64,000 nt of DNA from Vitrella brassicaformis CCMP3155 (Eukaryota; Protista; Chromerida). The stretch is taken from NCBI GenBank assembly GCA_001179505.1, contig CDMY01000493.1:1-64000 (forward strand), given 5' to 3'. The notes below the pieces were generated by a model that searched no databases, was not told where the DNA came from, and was given only the letters and a program-made list of their open reading frames with translations. This document shows, in pieces, positions 50,689-63,524 of the stretch (position 1 is the stretch's first letter; every line of letters begins with the position of its first letter). A program made the position numbers and the translations under genes.

Positions 50689-52495
50689 TGCGTCTGTCTG
50701 CCTGTCTGTCTGTCTGTGCGCGGGCGCATTGACGCGTGTGTGTGTATGCTATGTATGCATGTGTGTGATGTCTTTCATTTCTTCCTTGCTTCCTTCATCT
50801 GTGTGCGACCGAATCGGTTCTCGCGCGAGCGGGGCCGCATGAAGTTGTCCATCCATATACATCCATCCAGCAACGTTTCCTTCATGCTTCGGGGAGGGGA
50901 GGGGAGGGGAGCGGGATGATTTCGTTTTTCTTTCACATATGGATGCATGGCATGGTTGCGGCTAGGGTGGGTGTTTTGTGTATGTGTCTTTGTGAGGGTG
51001 TGTGCAGGTAGGAGGTGTGTACTTAGGTCGGATTGAGTGATGTATTGATTGGTGTTTGTGTTGCTGTTGGTGTTGGCCATGGCTTTGGTGCTGTTAATTT
51101 AATTAGATAGAGCGAGAGGGAGAGGCAGGGAGGGAGGGTGGGCGGGAGGGGCAGATAGCCCCAGGATGACTGACCATTTTCTACGCCATATGGGCGCCCC
51201 TGCCTGCCTCTTTGTCTGTCTGAGTGTATGTCTGTGTGTGTGTGTGTCTTTGTACGGTTAAAGATAATCCCTGCTCGCCCATAGGCACCCACTCATCCCC
51301 TCTGTCCCTCACACAACACTGGTTCTGTATAGGTTTCCCTCTCCTCCTTGCTGCACACATACACACACAACACAACACACCATTATGCCAATCCTTTCTT
51401 TCCGTTTCTTTGATGCGTTTCCTTCATACTGTTCATTGAATGCAATGCAGCTGCAGACTTTTGGGCCAGCCAGCCAGCTCAGCCAGCCCGCCAGCCGACC
51501 AGCAGCGGCCGTGAGGCCCTGCACTCTGGTCCACCCTGCCATGTCTGCCATGTCTGCCTGCCTGGCAATGATATCTGAGTGCCTGTTGGTTGGTTGGGTG
51601 AGTCAACCAAGTAAGTACGAGTAGAGGAAACAAGATAGCACGGAAGACAGGAAGGAAGGTGGTAAGGGAAGAAGAGGTAGTGAGTGGGTGTGGATCGATG
51701 TTGCTGCCCTTGGTCTGCTGCCGCTGGTGTGGAGACGGTGGCGGGGTGCTGTGCGACAGACAGGGCCAGAACGAGTCACCTTTCGGTTCGTTTCGTTCCC
51801 TGTAGCAGAGCGCTGCGCCACCCCCTTTACCAAGGGGGCCGCGGCAGACAGGCAGCAGATGACGGCATGGTTTGTAAGAAGTGTTGGTGGAGAGAGAGGG
51901 GTCTGCACACATACATGCCTCCTCTTTTGTCGCATCAATCAGTCGCCCATCGAGGGAGGTAACGGCCATCTGTGTGTTGCATTGCCCCTACGCAACTAGA
52001 TGTCTGTGCAGCCGACGAGCTGGCGCAGGTGTGCAGCTGCATGAGGGCGTCGCGAACACAGACAGCCGACATGGGATGATCGCACTGCTGACCGACCGAC
52101 GGGCGACCGGACCAGCAAGGGCACTTTTCCAGCACTCACTCTGTGGGAGTGCGATGTGTGTGAGTATGAGGGTGAGAGTGTGAGTGTGAGTGTGCGGCTA
52201 TCGCAATATGTCGATGCGGTATCTGGTGATGTCGTCTCTGTGGGGGTGTGTTTGTCTGCTCGTGTCTGTCTGTGTGTCCATTTGATCATCGTGATGTGCA
52301 GACGCGTCCATGTGTGCGTGTGTGTGTGCTCACATGGCGTTTTTGGTCAAACAACGTCCCTCCCTCCTCACTCACACGCAGACGCTTTCACGGAAGGATC
52401 GTATCGGTGGCGCACAGCACACCCAGTCAGCACGTTCACACCACACATACGCCGCCACGGGTGTCTGTCTGTCCGTTTGTCTGTCTGGACGTCTC

Positions 52496-54261
52496 TCACC
52501 CATCGTCCATCCCACAACACTCTCTCAAGAAGTCGTCCAAATCCTGCTGATCTGCAGTCTGCTGTGCCGGCGCAGCAGCCTGGCCGCCCCCACCCTCACC
52601 ACCCCCACTGCTGCTCATCCCACCACCGGCAGCCATCGACACCTCACCACCGCACTCATTGACACCAGCAGCATACGGTCGACTCACCATGTGGGAGGGG
52701 GGCGGAGGGGGTCTCCTCACACCACCAGCACCCAACTGCGGTCGAAATGGGGGTCTCTGTGGGGGTCTCTGTGGGGGTCTTTGGTGCGGTCGGAAGGGGC
52801 GAGGAGGACCGTGGCGGGCCGCGACGTGACGGAAAGGGCCTGGCCCCCCACGCACCACCGGCATCGCCATACCAACAGCAGCAGGGGCGGGCGCATCGAA
52901 TGGGTTCGGTTCCGCATCAGCACCGTCGAAAGTCACCCTCTTCCTCTTGGCCTCCTGCTCGTGCTCGTCCGCAGCCTCCATCATCCCATCGCCGCCCTCA
53001 TCTCTGCTCCTCCCGGCCTTCATCGCACTCTTCAGGGGACGAACGCTGCCACCTGCTGCAGCAGGGGGAGGTGGGAAGCGATGCTGGTGCTGCGTGGGCC
53101 CGTTGGGATTGCGATTTGGGGGAGAGGGGAAACGATGCTGCTGGTGCTGGTGGATGGGGCCGCTGGCATTGACATTGAGGTGAGGGCGAGGGGGGAATCG
53201 GTTCGGCTGCGGCCGCTGGATGCGGGGGCGTGGGGGATTGGGCGGCATCGTCATCTGTTGCTGGTGGTGGAATGGCCGGTGGGGCTGTCCATTGTGCCGA
53301 GGGGCTGGTCTGGGTGGTGCCGGGGGTCTGCGGTAGACAGGCACAGCTGCCGCCGCAGCAGCAGGAGGTGGTGGTGGTCCGAATTCGGGGTAGTGGCCAG
53401 AGATGCCCGGCGGCCGGGGGGAGGGATCCATGCCGTCAGCAAACATGTCACCATCACCGTCACCGTCCTCTGCGTCTGCTGCCGCTGCTGCTGCCGCTGC
53501 GTTGGCGCCCTCTGGCGACTCGATGAAGCCAGCTGCAGACAGACAGACAGACAGAGAGGAAGATATGCATGTGTGACTGACTGATGGGCGGGGGGATGGA
53601 GAGAGGGGGAGGGGGGAGGGGGGAGGGAGGGGGCTCCCTCCTACCTTCTTGTGCGAATCGTGAGGGCATCAGTTGGCCCATGCCCTCCTTGAGACAGCAC
53701 GTCACCACCAGACGCATCTTGGCACGGGTGAACGCCTGCACGCCACAGAGAGATGGGCGCGTGGCGTGGAGGGCGCGTGGCGTGGAGGGGGAAGCGGTCT
53801 GTCTGTCTGTGTCAGGTGTCTGTCCTTCATACGCACGCACCACGTATGCGACTCTCCTCTCCTCGTCTATTTTCTCGTGGGAGTCTATCATGCCCGACGG
53901 CAGCACACCCTGATTGACCGTATATCGATAAAAGGGCAGAGACCATTCCTTTCTGCCTTCACGAAGGTGGGTGTCTGTGCGTATGTCTTTCTCTCCCTAT
54001 GTCTGTGCGGGCCGACCTCATTGAAGCGCGCCAGGAAGACTGTGTGCCACTGATCCGCACACCCAAAGAGACAGAGAGCAGAGACAGAGAGATCAGGCGT
54101 ATGCGTCTGTGGTGGGGGCAGGTGAGGTTGGCTGACCTCCAGGCCTTTCGCCTGGTGCACAGTGCTGAGAGTGACGACGTTCTTTTTCTTCCCCTGCTCA
54201 AACAAACCGGATGTCACATCCCGGAGGAAGCACACCAGACAGTCACGGCCAGTCGGCTATG

Positions 54262-54310
<49 letters not shown>

Positions 54311-54765
54311 GGACAGAGGGATAGAGAGAGAGGTGTAGAGGGAGGCGCTTGTTTGGTTGGCTCTTCTTGTTTCTTACTTGTGTGTCGTTGGGTTTGTATT
54401 GGTCAGCGAATGAGAGGACGGAGAGGATGGCGTCAAGGGCCTCCATCTCCTTCTCCTCCTTGGTGGCCCTCTGCTGCTGCTGATCGCTCATCGACGCAGC
54501 CGCACTGGCGCTGCTGCTGCTCGCCCCACCTACAACAGACAGACAAACAGACAGACAGACAGAGAGAGAGATGGGTGTGTGTGTGTTTGCATGCGTCTCG
54601 CAGCACTCACCACGGGCGTGTCTGGTGCCTGTGGCGCTGAACAGCTGTGCTGCGAGGGGCAGCTGCATTGCGATGTAGTCTGTGTCCTCTATGATCTTCA
54701 GCAACACGCCACGCACACTCATTCTCTGCACACAATGCCACACACACACACACACACACACACAA

Positions 54766-54798
<33 letters not shown>

Positions 54799-57700
54799 TG
54801 CACACACATATATGCCACAGACGCACTTGTCTGTAAAAGCTATCTTACAGCCTGAAGGCTCTCCTGAATGTCGTCGATGAGGTTGATGAACTCGCGCAGC
54901 CCCCGAGTGGCTGTGCGCATGGCCTGCCTGCTCACGCCATCCACCTCCATCTCATTGTCGCCACCCACACCACCACCAGCACACAGTGAACGCGCAGCAG
55001 ACATCAATGATACACCCTTCACACAACACACACACACCAGAAGGCATATGTGTTGCTGATCGTCTTACGTGTTTTGTGTTTTGTGGTCCGTTTACCTTCG
55101 TCTGTTTCTGCTGGCCGCCGGCCCAAGCAGCAGCTGCCGCAGCCGCTGCTGGCTGTTGTTGCTCCTCCTCCTCCTCGTCCTGCTGCTGCTGCTGCTGCTG
55201 TGTCTGTGTGGCAGCGATGGCCTGCTCGAGCAGCCACTCGGCGAAGCCGTCCGTGGGCTTCTTGCCGCCACCACCCTTGTTCGTGTCGACACACGCGCCA
55301 TACAAACCTATATTGGAAACACACACACATACACAGTGGATTGTGGGTGTATTGTGTTGTGTTGACTGGATGGTTACTTACTGAGTGCTTTGAGGGCAGC
55401 CTTCCCGAGTTGGCGAGAGGGTCTGTTGAAGACACGCAGGAATGAAGGGTCGTGGTCCTCGTCGAGCAACAGACGGCAGTAGCCCAGGATGTCCAGCACC
55501 TGCATACCCATACCGATACACACACAAAGAGACAGACAGACAGACAGGCCATCCAATCCACGGGCGGGGTGCGTATTCGGTGTGTTGTGTTGTGTTGTAT
55601 GTCACCTCAGCTCTGTTGAATGCGCTCATGTGTCTCCGTTTGCTCGACTTCTCCAGCGGGATGCTGCCCTGCCCGCCACTGATGGGTGCGTTCTCGAGCA
55701 CACGCTCGATCTCGTCCAACACGGCGTTGGTGCGCGCCAGGATGGCAAAGTCGCTCCACGCCTGTAGACACCCACACACTCCACACACACACACACACGC
55801 ACACATTGGCCCAACTTACGAGTTGTTCATCCCGCTTGATGGTGAGTATCTTGTCGGCAATGTATTTGGCCTCGGTGGTGGCGTGGCTGAGGATGTCCCA
55901 CTCGACGGGCGGGCCGCTGTCGTTGGTCGTGTGCAGGTCCTTGGGGCTACGCTCCTCCGACATGGTGTGGGAAATGAGAGTAGACGAGGTGTGCACGATC
56001 TCGGGTGTGGACCGCCAGTTGCCTGGGTGTTAGTTACAGGTGCAGGCATAAGGAGAGGGAGGGGAGGGGAGGGCGAGAGACAGAGAGGTATTTATGGGGC
56101 AGGTGTGGTGTGTGTTCTGGAGTGTCTCTTTCTCGCTGTCCCTCTCTCCCATCCTCTCCTCTCTGAGCGGTTTAGCTGGGTGTGGTTTGTTGCGTGGGCG
56201 TACACACATGATAGGTTGAGTGTGATGTGGTTCTCAAACCGTTCTTTGAACTTCTGAAACACCTGCACACAGCCGTTCCAACACACAGACACCCATGGCG
56301 GTTGGTTATGTGTGGGGTGTGTGTGTGTGTGTGGCCCCCCGCCCCCCCACCTACCCGTCCCTCAGCGCCCCGCCAGGCGTAGATGGCCTGGTCGTCGTCG
56401 CCAACCACACTCACACTGCCACACTGGGGGTTGAACACCTAGAGAGAGAGGCCAAGCACACGGACAGACGACACACATAGAGACGGACATACACACACAC
56501 ACACATATACATATATATATATATATACACAGACAGACAGACAGGCAGGCAGGCAGGTGTTGTTCGTTACGTTTGCGATGATGCTGAACTGGGCAAGGCT
56601 TGTGTCTTGCCACTGAATCGATTCGACGCACACATCACATCACATGGGGTGGGGGATATGAATGCACACGCCCATCGATCGACAACTGTGCATATGTGCC
56701 TGTCGAGCTGACCTCGTCGCAGAAGACGAAGGGGAACTCGCGCTGCACCTGGCCACGCACGTCCGCCCTCTCCAGCAATTTCTCCGTATACCTACACACA
56801 CCACACCCTCTCTCTCTCTCTGGGGGGTGTCTCGTCTTGTGGATGTCACACACATGATGAGGTCGGTCTGGTCAAGCAGCCTCGGGAGGTTCTCCCTGCA
56901 CACACACACACACACACACACCATCCGTGCAGTGCAGCCCATTGTCAAGCTGCAAGTGTGCCCATTGCTCGAGCGCGCACTTGAGCTTCTTGTTGTATTG
57001 CTGAAATATCTTTAACTCGGTGCTCTTGCTATCCCTGGCCTGGGCGCGCCGCTGCGGATCAGTCTTGAGCCGCTTCACGATCGCCTGATTGAGACACACA
57101 CACACACACACCACCTCACTCACATGTGTGTGCACAACACGCACAGCCTCTTCCTCTCTCTCTGTGTGTGGGGGGGGGGGGGGGGGGGGGGGNNNNNNNN
57201 NNNNNNNNNNNNNNNNNNNNNNNNNNNNNNNNNNNNNNNNNNNNNNNNNNNNNNNNNNNNNNNNNNNNNNNNNNNNNNNNNNNNNNNNNNNNNNNNNNNN
57301 NNNNNNNNNNNNNNNNNNNNNNNNNNNNNNNNNNNNNNNNNNNNNNNNNNNNNNNNNNNNNNNNNNNNNNNNNNNNNNNNNNNNNNNNNNNNNNNNNNNN
57401 NNNNNNNNNNNNNNNNNNNNNNNNNNNNNNNNNNNNNNNNNNNNNNNNNNNNNNNNNNNNNNNNNNNNNNNNNNNNNNNNNNNNNNNNNNNNGGGGGGGG
57501 GATGGCGTTATGTATACCAGGACGGCGTTGATTTCCTTGGCGGTGACCTTGCCGCTGTCGCGACGGGGGCGTGACTCTGCCACGATGTTGCCGTCATGGT
57601 CGTCATCGATGAGCTCCTCCTCTTGCAAATCATCTGCAGAGATGCACAACAGACATGCGCACAAATGGAGTGTGGGTGTATACGACACGATGGCATTACA

Positions 57701-59064
57701 TAATACCGTTTTCGGCTTGTGTGAGTGCACGTCTGACGTCGCCTTGTTGGACGTCGCCCATGGCCCGCACCTCTGTGTGCACCTCCTTGGCGTACTGACG
57801 CGCCTGCCAATTTGGAATGATCTGCATCGAACGAACGCAGCCGCCCAGCCACATCACACCACACACAGAGAGACAGACAAGGAGAGATCGGATGGATGGA
57901 TGGAGGTGTGTGTGTGTGCAGACGCGGAAGTTGGGTTGCACGTCGATGCGCGAGCCGTGTTGGCGGAGGAGCTTCATCGAGAAGGCATGGATGGTGTCTG
58001 ACGTGATGGATGCGTCCACACACACATACACACACACACACACATCTGCGTAGGTGGGGCGGTGTGTCGGCTGGGGTGTATTGACTGACGTACTGATGTA
58101 GAGTTTGTCCTGTATGGTGAGGACCGCCTCCCGCTGCGACGTGGCGTCAGACAGACCTCCGATGCAGTTGCCTGCAGGACCGATGTGGATGCGCACGCGT
58201 GTGTGTGCATGTGTGAGGCCCCGACTGACCTATCTCCACCATCAGACGAGCCTTCACTGCACAAACCCACACAGACAGACACAAGATGACGATCGCCGCT
58301 CTAAAAGTCTCTCTCTGTGTGTGTGCCATGTGTGTGTGTCATATGTACTTTCGTCCGCAGCCTTTCGTGTGAAGGTCAGGGCGGCGATGGGATACGACCC
58401 CTCTCGCTGCGCACACAAACACACAGACATACGCACATTCACAGAGAGAGATCACATGGCATCCCTTCCCTCTCTCCCCCTCTCCTCCCTCTCTTTGCAG
58501 GCCCACCAGGAACCGTATGATTCGGCACAGCATGGTGATGGTCTTGCCGCTGCCCGGCCCGGCCACCACCAGCAGCGGCCTGTCCATCGGCGCATCCACA
58601 ACCTGCACACACACACACACACACACGAGCGCATAGATGTGTATATGGCGTGTGGATGGGGCATGCCATGCCCACGCGGGTTCCCACACGCACACCGGTA
58701 CCTGCTTCTGTTCGTCCGACAGTCGTCCGAAGAGCATGGAGGTCTCGAGCGCCAGCCCCTCCATCTGCTGCTGCGATGACATGTTCGACATACGCCGGGC
58801 TCCTACAGACGGATGCAACGCGCCAACACGACCACGGCGAGCGCCTCCGTTGCTGGCTGCTGCTGCCGCCGCTGCTGCTCCCGATGCTGCCGGGGCGTAG
58901 TGGTGGTTGTGGCCATCATAGCCATCATCCTCTTGCCAGTCGTCGCGTTGGTTGTGAAGGTATTGGTCGGGTGCCTGCTCTACGGGCGGCAGCTGCTCGT
59001 CCGAGTTGAATGGGTCATGAGATGGGTCAATGCCATCCGTAGCGTCCCACGGGTTCCCATCCAT
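52496..59064 (-). CDS. uvrD: UvrD/PcrA/Rep (Srs2-like) superfamily 1 DNA helicase with long disordered C-terminal tail; spans an assembly gap
   Basis: Motifs LVVAGPGSGKT (I), LTFTRKAADE (Ia), SDTIHAFS (Ib), VFCDE|FQD (II), VVGDDDQAIYAWRGA (III), NWRSTPEIV (IV), AILARTN, TLSTVHQAKGLE (V) and EERRVAYV|AFTRAK (VI). Confidence 0.93.
54739..54798. repeat. Intronic (CA)n/(GA)n microsatellite, one example of dozens in the window
   Basis: cacacacaca...acagagagagagagagag. Similar tracts occur in most introns. Confidence 0.9.
57193..57492. other. Assembly gap (300 N) flanked by poly-G, inside an intron of the helicase gene
   Basis: Run of N with G homopolymers on both sides. Confidence 0.98.
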
Positions 59065-59172
59065 GGCCAGCTGTTAACTCACACAACTCAGAGCAGCTGT
59101 CATCCGTAAACTCTGACGAATGTTGAGCTCGCGGCCGCGACAAAGGACCTTCCGGTGTTTCCTTCTCGACCA

Positions 59173-60659
59173 ATGGGTGAGCGGAGCTATCTGCTCGGCC
59201 TCCCTGACGACGTTTCCCTCCACCTGCGGAGGTATCTCAAAGCCGACGGCTGCGGCGCCCTCCGCGCCACGTCCAGGAGCGTCGGCTGTCATCTCGTCAA
59301 TGAGGACTTCCTCACGGGCCGCCTCGACGCCGCCATCCGCACCAACGGCCTGAGCTCCGTGCTGGCTTATCGCAAGCGACACAAGACGGCCAAGGCCTTC
59401 CTCCTTCACACCCTCAAGGCCGCCTGCAGCGCCCTTCCAACCGCCATCGGCCACCTCGGCAGCCTCGCTGCGATGATTGGCTTCGCCGTCATCGTTCTTG
59501 GCATCCTGTATGCTGTCGTTCTGTTGCCGATGCAGTGGCTGGTACGAAAGATTCTTGCCGTCTTCTTAGCGGATCACTGGCTCGCCACGTTCAAGTGGTT
59601 TGTTCCAGTGTTTGTCGGGGCTCTTCCTGGGAGCGAAATCCTTCGTATGGTCTTGCATGCGGCGCTCAAGGCGGAGTGGGCACGGCGAGATGTGGACACG
59701 GTGACGGACATGAGTGTGTTCTTTGAGGACGCCTTCGTGTGGCTTGCTCGCCTCGTGTGGGGTGGCCTGCGGCTGGCAATCGGGATCGACAAGCGGATGA
59801 GCCAAATCGAGTACCTTATGCGGCTGCTGTACGTCATCGAGGAGGGAGGCTGCTGGGAGCCCATCGTGCCGCTCATCCACTTCGTGAGGAACTGCGGCAT
59901 GATGCCCCTAAAGTACTGCGGCATGATGCCCTCACTGCCCATTGTTGTCACTGCGACTTGAAGGCGGTGGGCAGCAGGGCCCTCTTTGACGCGCGGCCGG
60001 GAGCTGTGCGGCAGTACTCACCCTTCAGCCGTCGATTAGTCTCCAGCCTCCGAGTGGGCCGTGTTGGCAATCAAGACTGCCTGGGGTCGAGCGCACAGCC
60101 TATGACATACCACACGCCCAGTGTGTTGCCTTCTGCCGCATTCGACCCGCCCACCAAGTGTAAGCCAGTCAGCACATCAAGGCGATGTTGTCTTCCTGGT
60201 CTTCAACGTGTTGGTCTGTGTGCTGCCTGGCTGTCTGCCTGTCTGCCTGCAGGTGGAAACAGAGCGTACTCATCGTTCACCGACCTCATAGTCCACACAG
60301 CTGACCGTAACTGGCACGACGGACGCGTCATGATCCGACATCTGGGTGCGGATGTCCTCATGACGAGAGATGCCGAGGAGCAGCTGGCCGCGGAGGTGGG
60401 CGCCCAGCCGAGCCCCATCTGGGGGGGCTATCGCAGGGCGGCTGACATCGGTGAAGAGGAGCCTGAGAGAGAGACGATTGTGATTCTGTCTGGAGACAAG
60501 TCCATCGACGACTTTGCTGTCTACTTGACGGTATTCGGCAGCACGTGCTTCCTTGTCTTCACAACGGAGCGCTCCGCTCGCGGCAAGAGGGGCGCAGCGC
60601 TTTACCCACGCACAGTGGCACTCGTCCGTGGTGTGGTCAAGGATGTGCTGAAGGCGTAG
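59173..60659 (+). pseudogene. Frameshifted paralogue of the 46404-47856 family gene
   Basis: MGERSYLLGLPDDVSLHLRRYLKADGCGALRATSR... Relative to the other copy it has a 24-nt tandem duplication (CGMMPLKYCGMMP) and a 4-nt loss near 59955, giving a stop at 59961. The homologous sequence continues in another frame to KDVLKA*. Confidence 0.75.
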
Positions 60660-61000
60660 GCTGCGATTTGGCCGTGGCGGCAGCCTTTTGGGCCGGGCCT
60701 TCCGCACTGCCATTTGGTTGATGCTGTTGTGATAGTGCGTGTGTTGGTGCGGATTGCATGCTTCAGTGGGCTGAATGGACAGTGCATTTGGACGCGTCAG
60801 TGCGTTTAAGAGAAGGCGACAGACGACGCCCAGGCAATGATTAGATATCAAGCGGTCAGTCAAGACGCCGAGATCAAAATCCCGCCATAAACCAAAATCG
60901 AATCGACAGATCGTCGCGCACATCCACACACACCTCAGCACATGGACACACAGCCGGGGGAAAAAGCTCCCTGTCTGCTGCGCTGCTCTTCACTCGATGC

Positions 61001-62015
61001 TTACCCTCTCCTCTCATCCGGTTTGACATAAGAGCCGTCGTCATGGTAACACGCTATCATCTCCTGCTTCTCTATCACGCCACGCTGAGGGTTCAACTGC
61101 ACCCACACACGCCACACATGATGCCATGCGATGCGCACACCCCTTCATTATACACACACACAGATGTCTTCCTCCGAATAGAATACGCACCCGTGAGCAC
61201 ACATAGACGTTGGCCACGATGCGCAGCAAAAGGGTGACGGTGGCTGGGCCGGTCTCCATCGGAGGGGGCGTGATGCAGGGGGTCGGGGTGGGTGTGGGGG
61301 AGCTCTCGCTGTCACGCGAGGCGTCATGTGTCGGTTGCTGGGCGGCCTTCATCCGCTGCTCGAGAGTGTCGATCAGGTCAATGGTGTCCGTCAGGCCCTC
61401 CTCATCTCGCAGCACCTGGCGCAGTGAGTCCACGGCAGCCCCGTCGCACATATTCACCACGCCGCCAGTCTCCATTCTCAGTCTTGACGGCTCTCTGAGA
61501 GTGACGGGTGCCTCCAGCAAGACACTGACCTGCTCCCTCTCGTACATCTTCGGCACACCTGCATCCATCACAGCACATGGGGGAGGGGCACCACACACAG
61601 TCTGCAAGGAAGGGCATCAACGTGATTGGGGTTGGTGTGAGTGAGTGTGTCACCCTCAAAGTGGTCCTGACACATCAACCACATCAATCACACCGACCAA
61701 TCGCCAGGTAGCACATCAGAGATCGAAGCATGACACCCCCCCCTCTCTCCGACTGTCTGCCCATGCACTTACCAGGAATGCCATGGCGGCATCGTCACAC
61801 AGGTACACCTCGCCATGGACGTGGTGCCCCTCCTCTTTCTCCGTCGGCATGAACAGGTAGGGAATGCCGTACCGCTCGTCCAGCGACAGCCGCTGCTTGA
61901 GTGCCGTCCGCCCCGTGCCGATGAACGTGGCCTTGATGTCATCCATCACTCGGTGGTTGGGCTCCTTTCTCTTCAGCGTCCCGAACACAAACACCACATG
62001 CTGGCGCTGCACCAT
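61001..62015 (-). CDS. Gamma-glutamylcyclotransferase-like (GGACT/AIG2-like) protein
   Basis: HVVFVFGTLKRKEPNH, YGIPYL, VHGEVYLCDDAAMAFL|DHFE|GVPKMYERE (catalytic Glu region). Ends ANVYVCSR|LNPQRGVIEKQEMIACYHDDGSYVKPDERRG*. Confidence 0.85.
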
Positions 62016-62270
62016 GGATGGATGGTGCTCGCTTCGCTGGTCGAGTCCTCTGTTGTTTGATTGGTGCCAGTGAACAGCAGACGTCAGATCTGCAAGAGGA
62101 GAAAGGTCTTAAGCAATGAAAGGCACAGCAAAAAGGGAAAGCAGATGTAAGCTCGCAATTCCAACGATCGCATTCGGCGTTTCTGCGGCGTCTGGGCTTC
62201 CACTCCAGCAGGATCATCCGTGTGTGAAGAGGTCGTCAGTGATCTAGGTTTGTTTAAGGAAGATCTGGTG

Positions 62271-62747
62271 ATGGCGTCATCTCTGAGTGGCAAGATGCCG
62301 GCGTTTCTGCTGGACAAGGAGAACCCCATCGGGTGGGCCTTCCAGGGCATGAAGGAGTTCACGCAAGACAGCGTGAGACTGGTCAGACGATGTACCAAAC
62401 CTGACGCCAAGGGTAACTCAACACGACGCGACTCACAAGGACAGAGGAAGCCATAAGAAGGCAGCCAGCCACGTGTGTGTGTGTGTGTGTGTCTGGTGGC
62501 TATACATATACTTCAGAGTTCCGCAAGATAGCGCTAGCGTGTGCGATTGGGTTCGCCATCATGGGGTTCATCGGGTTCTTTGTCAAGCTCATCTTCATCC
62601 CCATCAACAACATCATCATGTATGTGTGCTGCAGTGCACCACAACCCAATCCAACCACGCTCGAGTGTCTGACCTTCATTTGCTGCTTGCCTTGTCCTGT
62701 CCTGTCCTGTCCTGTTTGTTTGTCGTGGGTGCAGGGGAGGCGCGTAG
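62271..62747 (+). CDS. SEC61G: Protein translocon subunit Sec61 gamma
   Basis: [19 protein letters not shown]|[35 protein letters not shown]|GGA*. Confidence 0.96.
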
Positions 62748-63524
62748 CCACAACGACCACTGTGAAGGCGTCAGTCACATCTCCATCCATCTATAGGCAG
62801 GGAGGGAGGGAGGGACACATCTGAGGGCCTTGACACGGCCGGCCATCAATGGCCGGTCCTTCCTGGCTTCGTCTATGCATCCCTTGGTGGGAGGGCGGAG
62901 GGGCGGGGGCGCGGGTCGGTGGGTGCGTGTGCGTGAGGTAATTTGAGAGGGGTCTTCTCTTTGATATCAGCAGACTCAGGTGGGCCGGGGATTCTGTAGA
63001 GAGGCAGGGAGGGAGGCAGGGAGCGATGGAGGGGGGAAGGGCAACACTGCGTGTGCTGGTTGCGTGGCGTGTTGCCTTCAATGCTGCACGGTGCGTGTCG
63101 AATATGTGCATGGCTGAGAAGATGGCTGGGCTGGATGGGCTCTCGTAAGAGAGGGACCCAGACGGACGTCTGTATGTCTGTGTGGACGCTGAGTGGATGA
63201 ATTAGCGGACTGATGGCTGATTTAAGCGATGCAGCGGCAGGGAGAGATGGATCGATCAGTCATCAGTCACACACAGACACACTCAAATCATCGCCAGAGC
63301 AAGAACTCATCGCAAAAATGCACAGCACATGACATGCTCTGTTCGAGCAATTCATCCACATACCCACCACACGAAGAGAAAGAACAGACAGACATGCACA
63401 CAACACACGCACGCCACACAAGACTGACTCACAGACAGAAAACACATGGACAGGACACCCTACCCTACAGGCCTCTCTGGTCTGAGCTGAACCTTTCTTT
63501 GCAAACGTTTTGACTGCCTGCAGG

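Noticed and set aside
50700-52490. Scattered short ORFs between the acyltransferase and helicase 3' ends
   Set aside because: They are microsatellite-derived translations (VCVC/HTHT) with no coding bias, most likely UTR or intergenic.
52748-52783. 12-nt tandem repeat (ggggtctctgtg x3) and other short repeats as CRISPR-like arrays
   Set aside because: There are no spacers. It encodes PQRP repeats in a eukaryotic low-complexity protein tail.
52310-53584. 424-aa + strand ORF
   Set aside because: It is the antisense shadow of the GC-rich helicase tail. The minus frame joins in phase to the helicase exons.
46262-60797. Inverted pair read as terminal inverted repeats of a giant transposon
   Set aside because: The repeats are whole diverged intron-containing genes, no transposase lies between them, and I found no target-site duplication.
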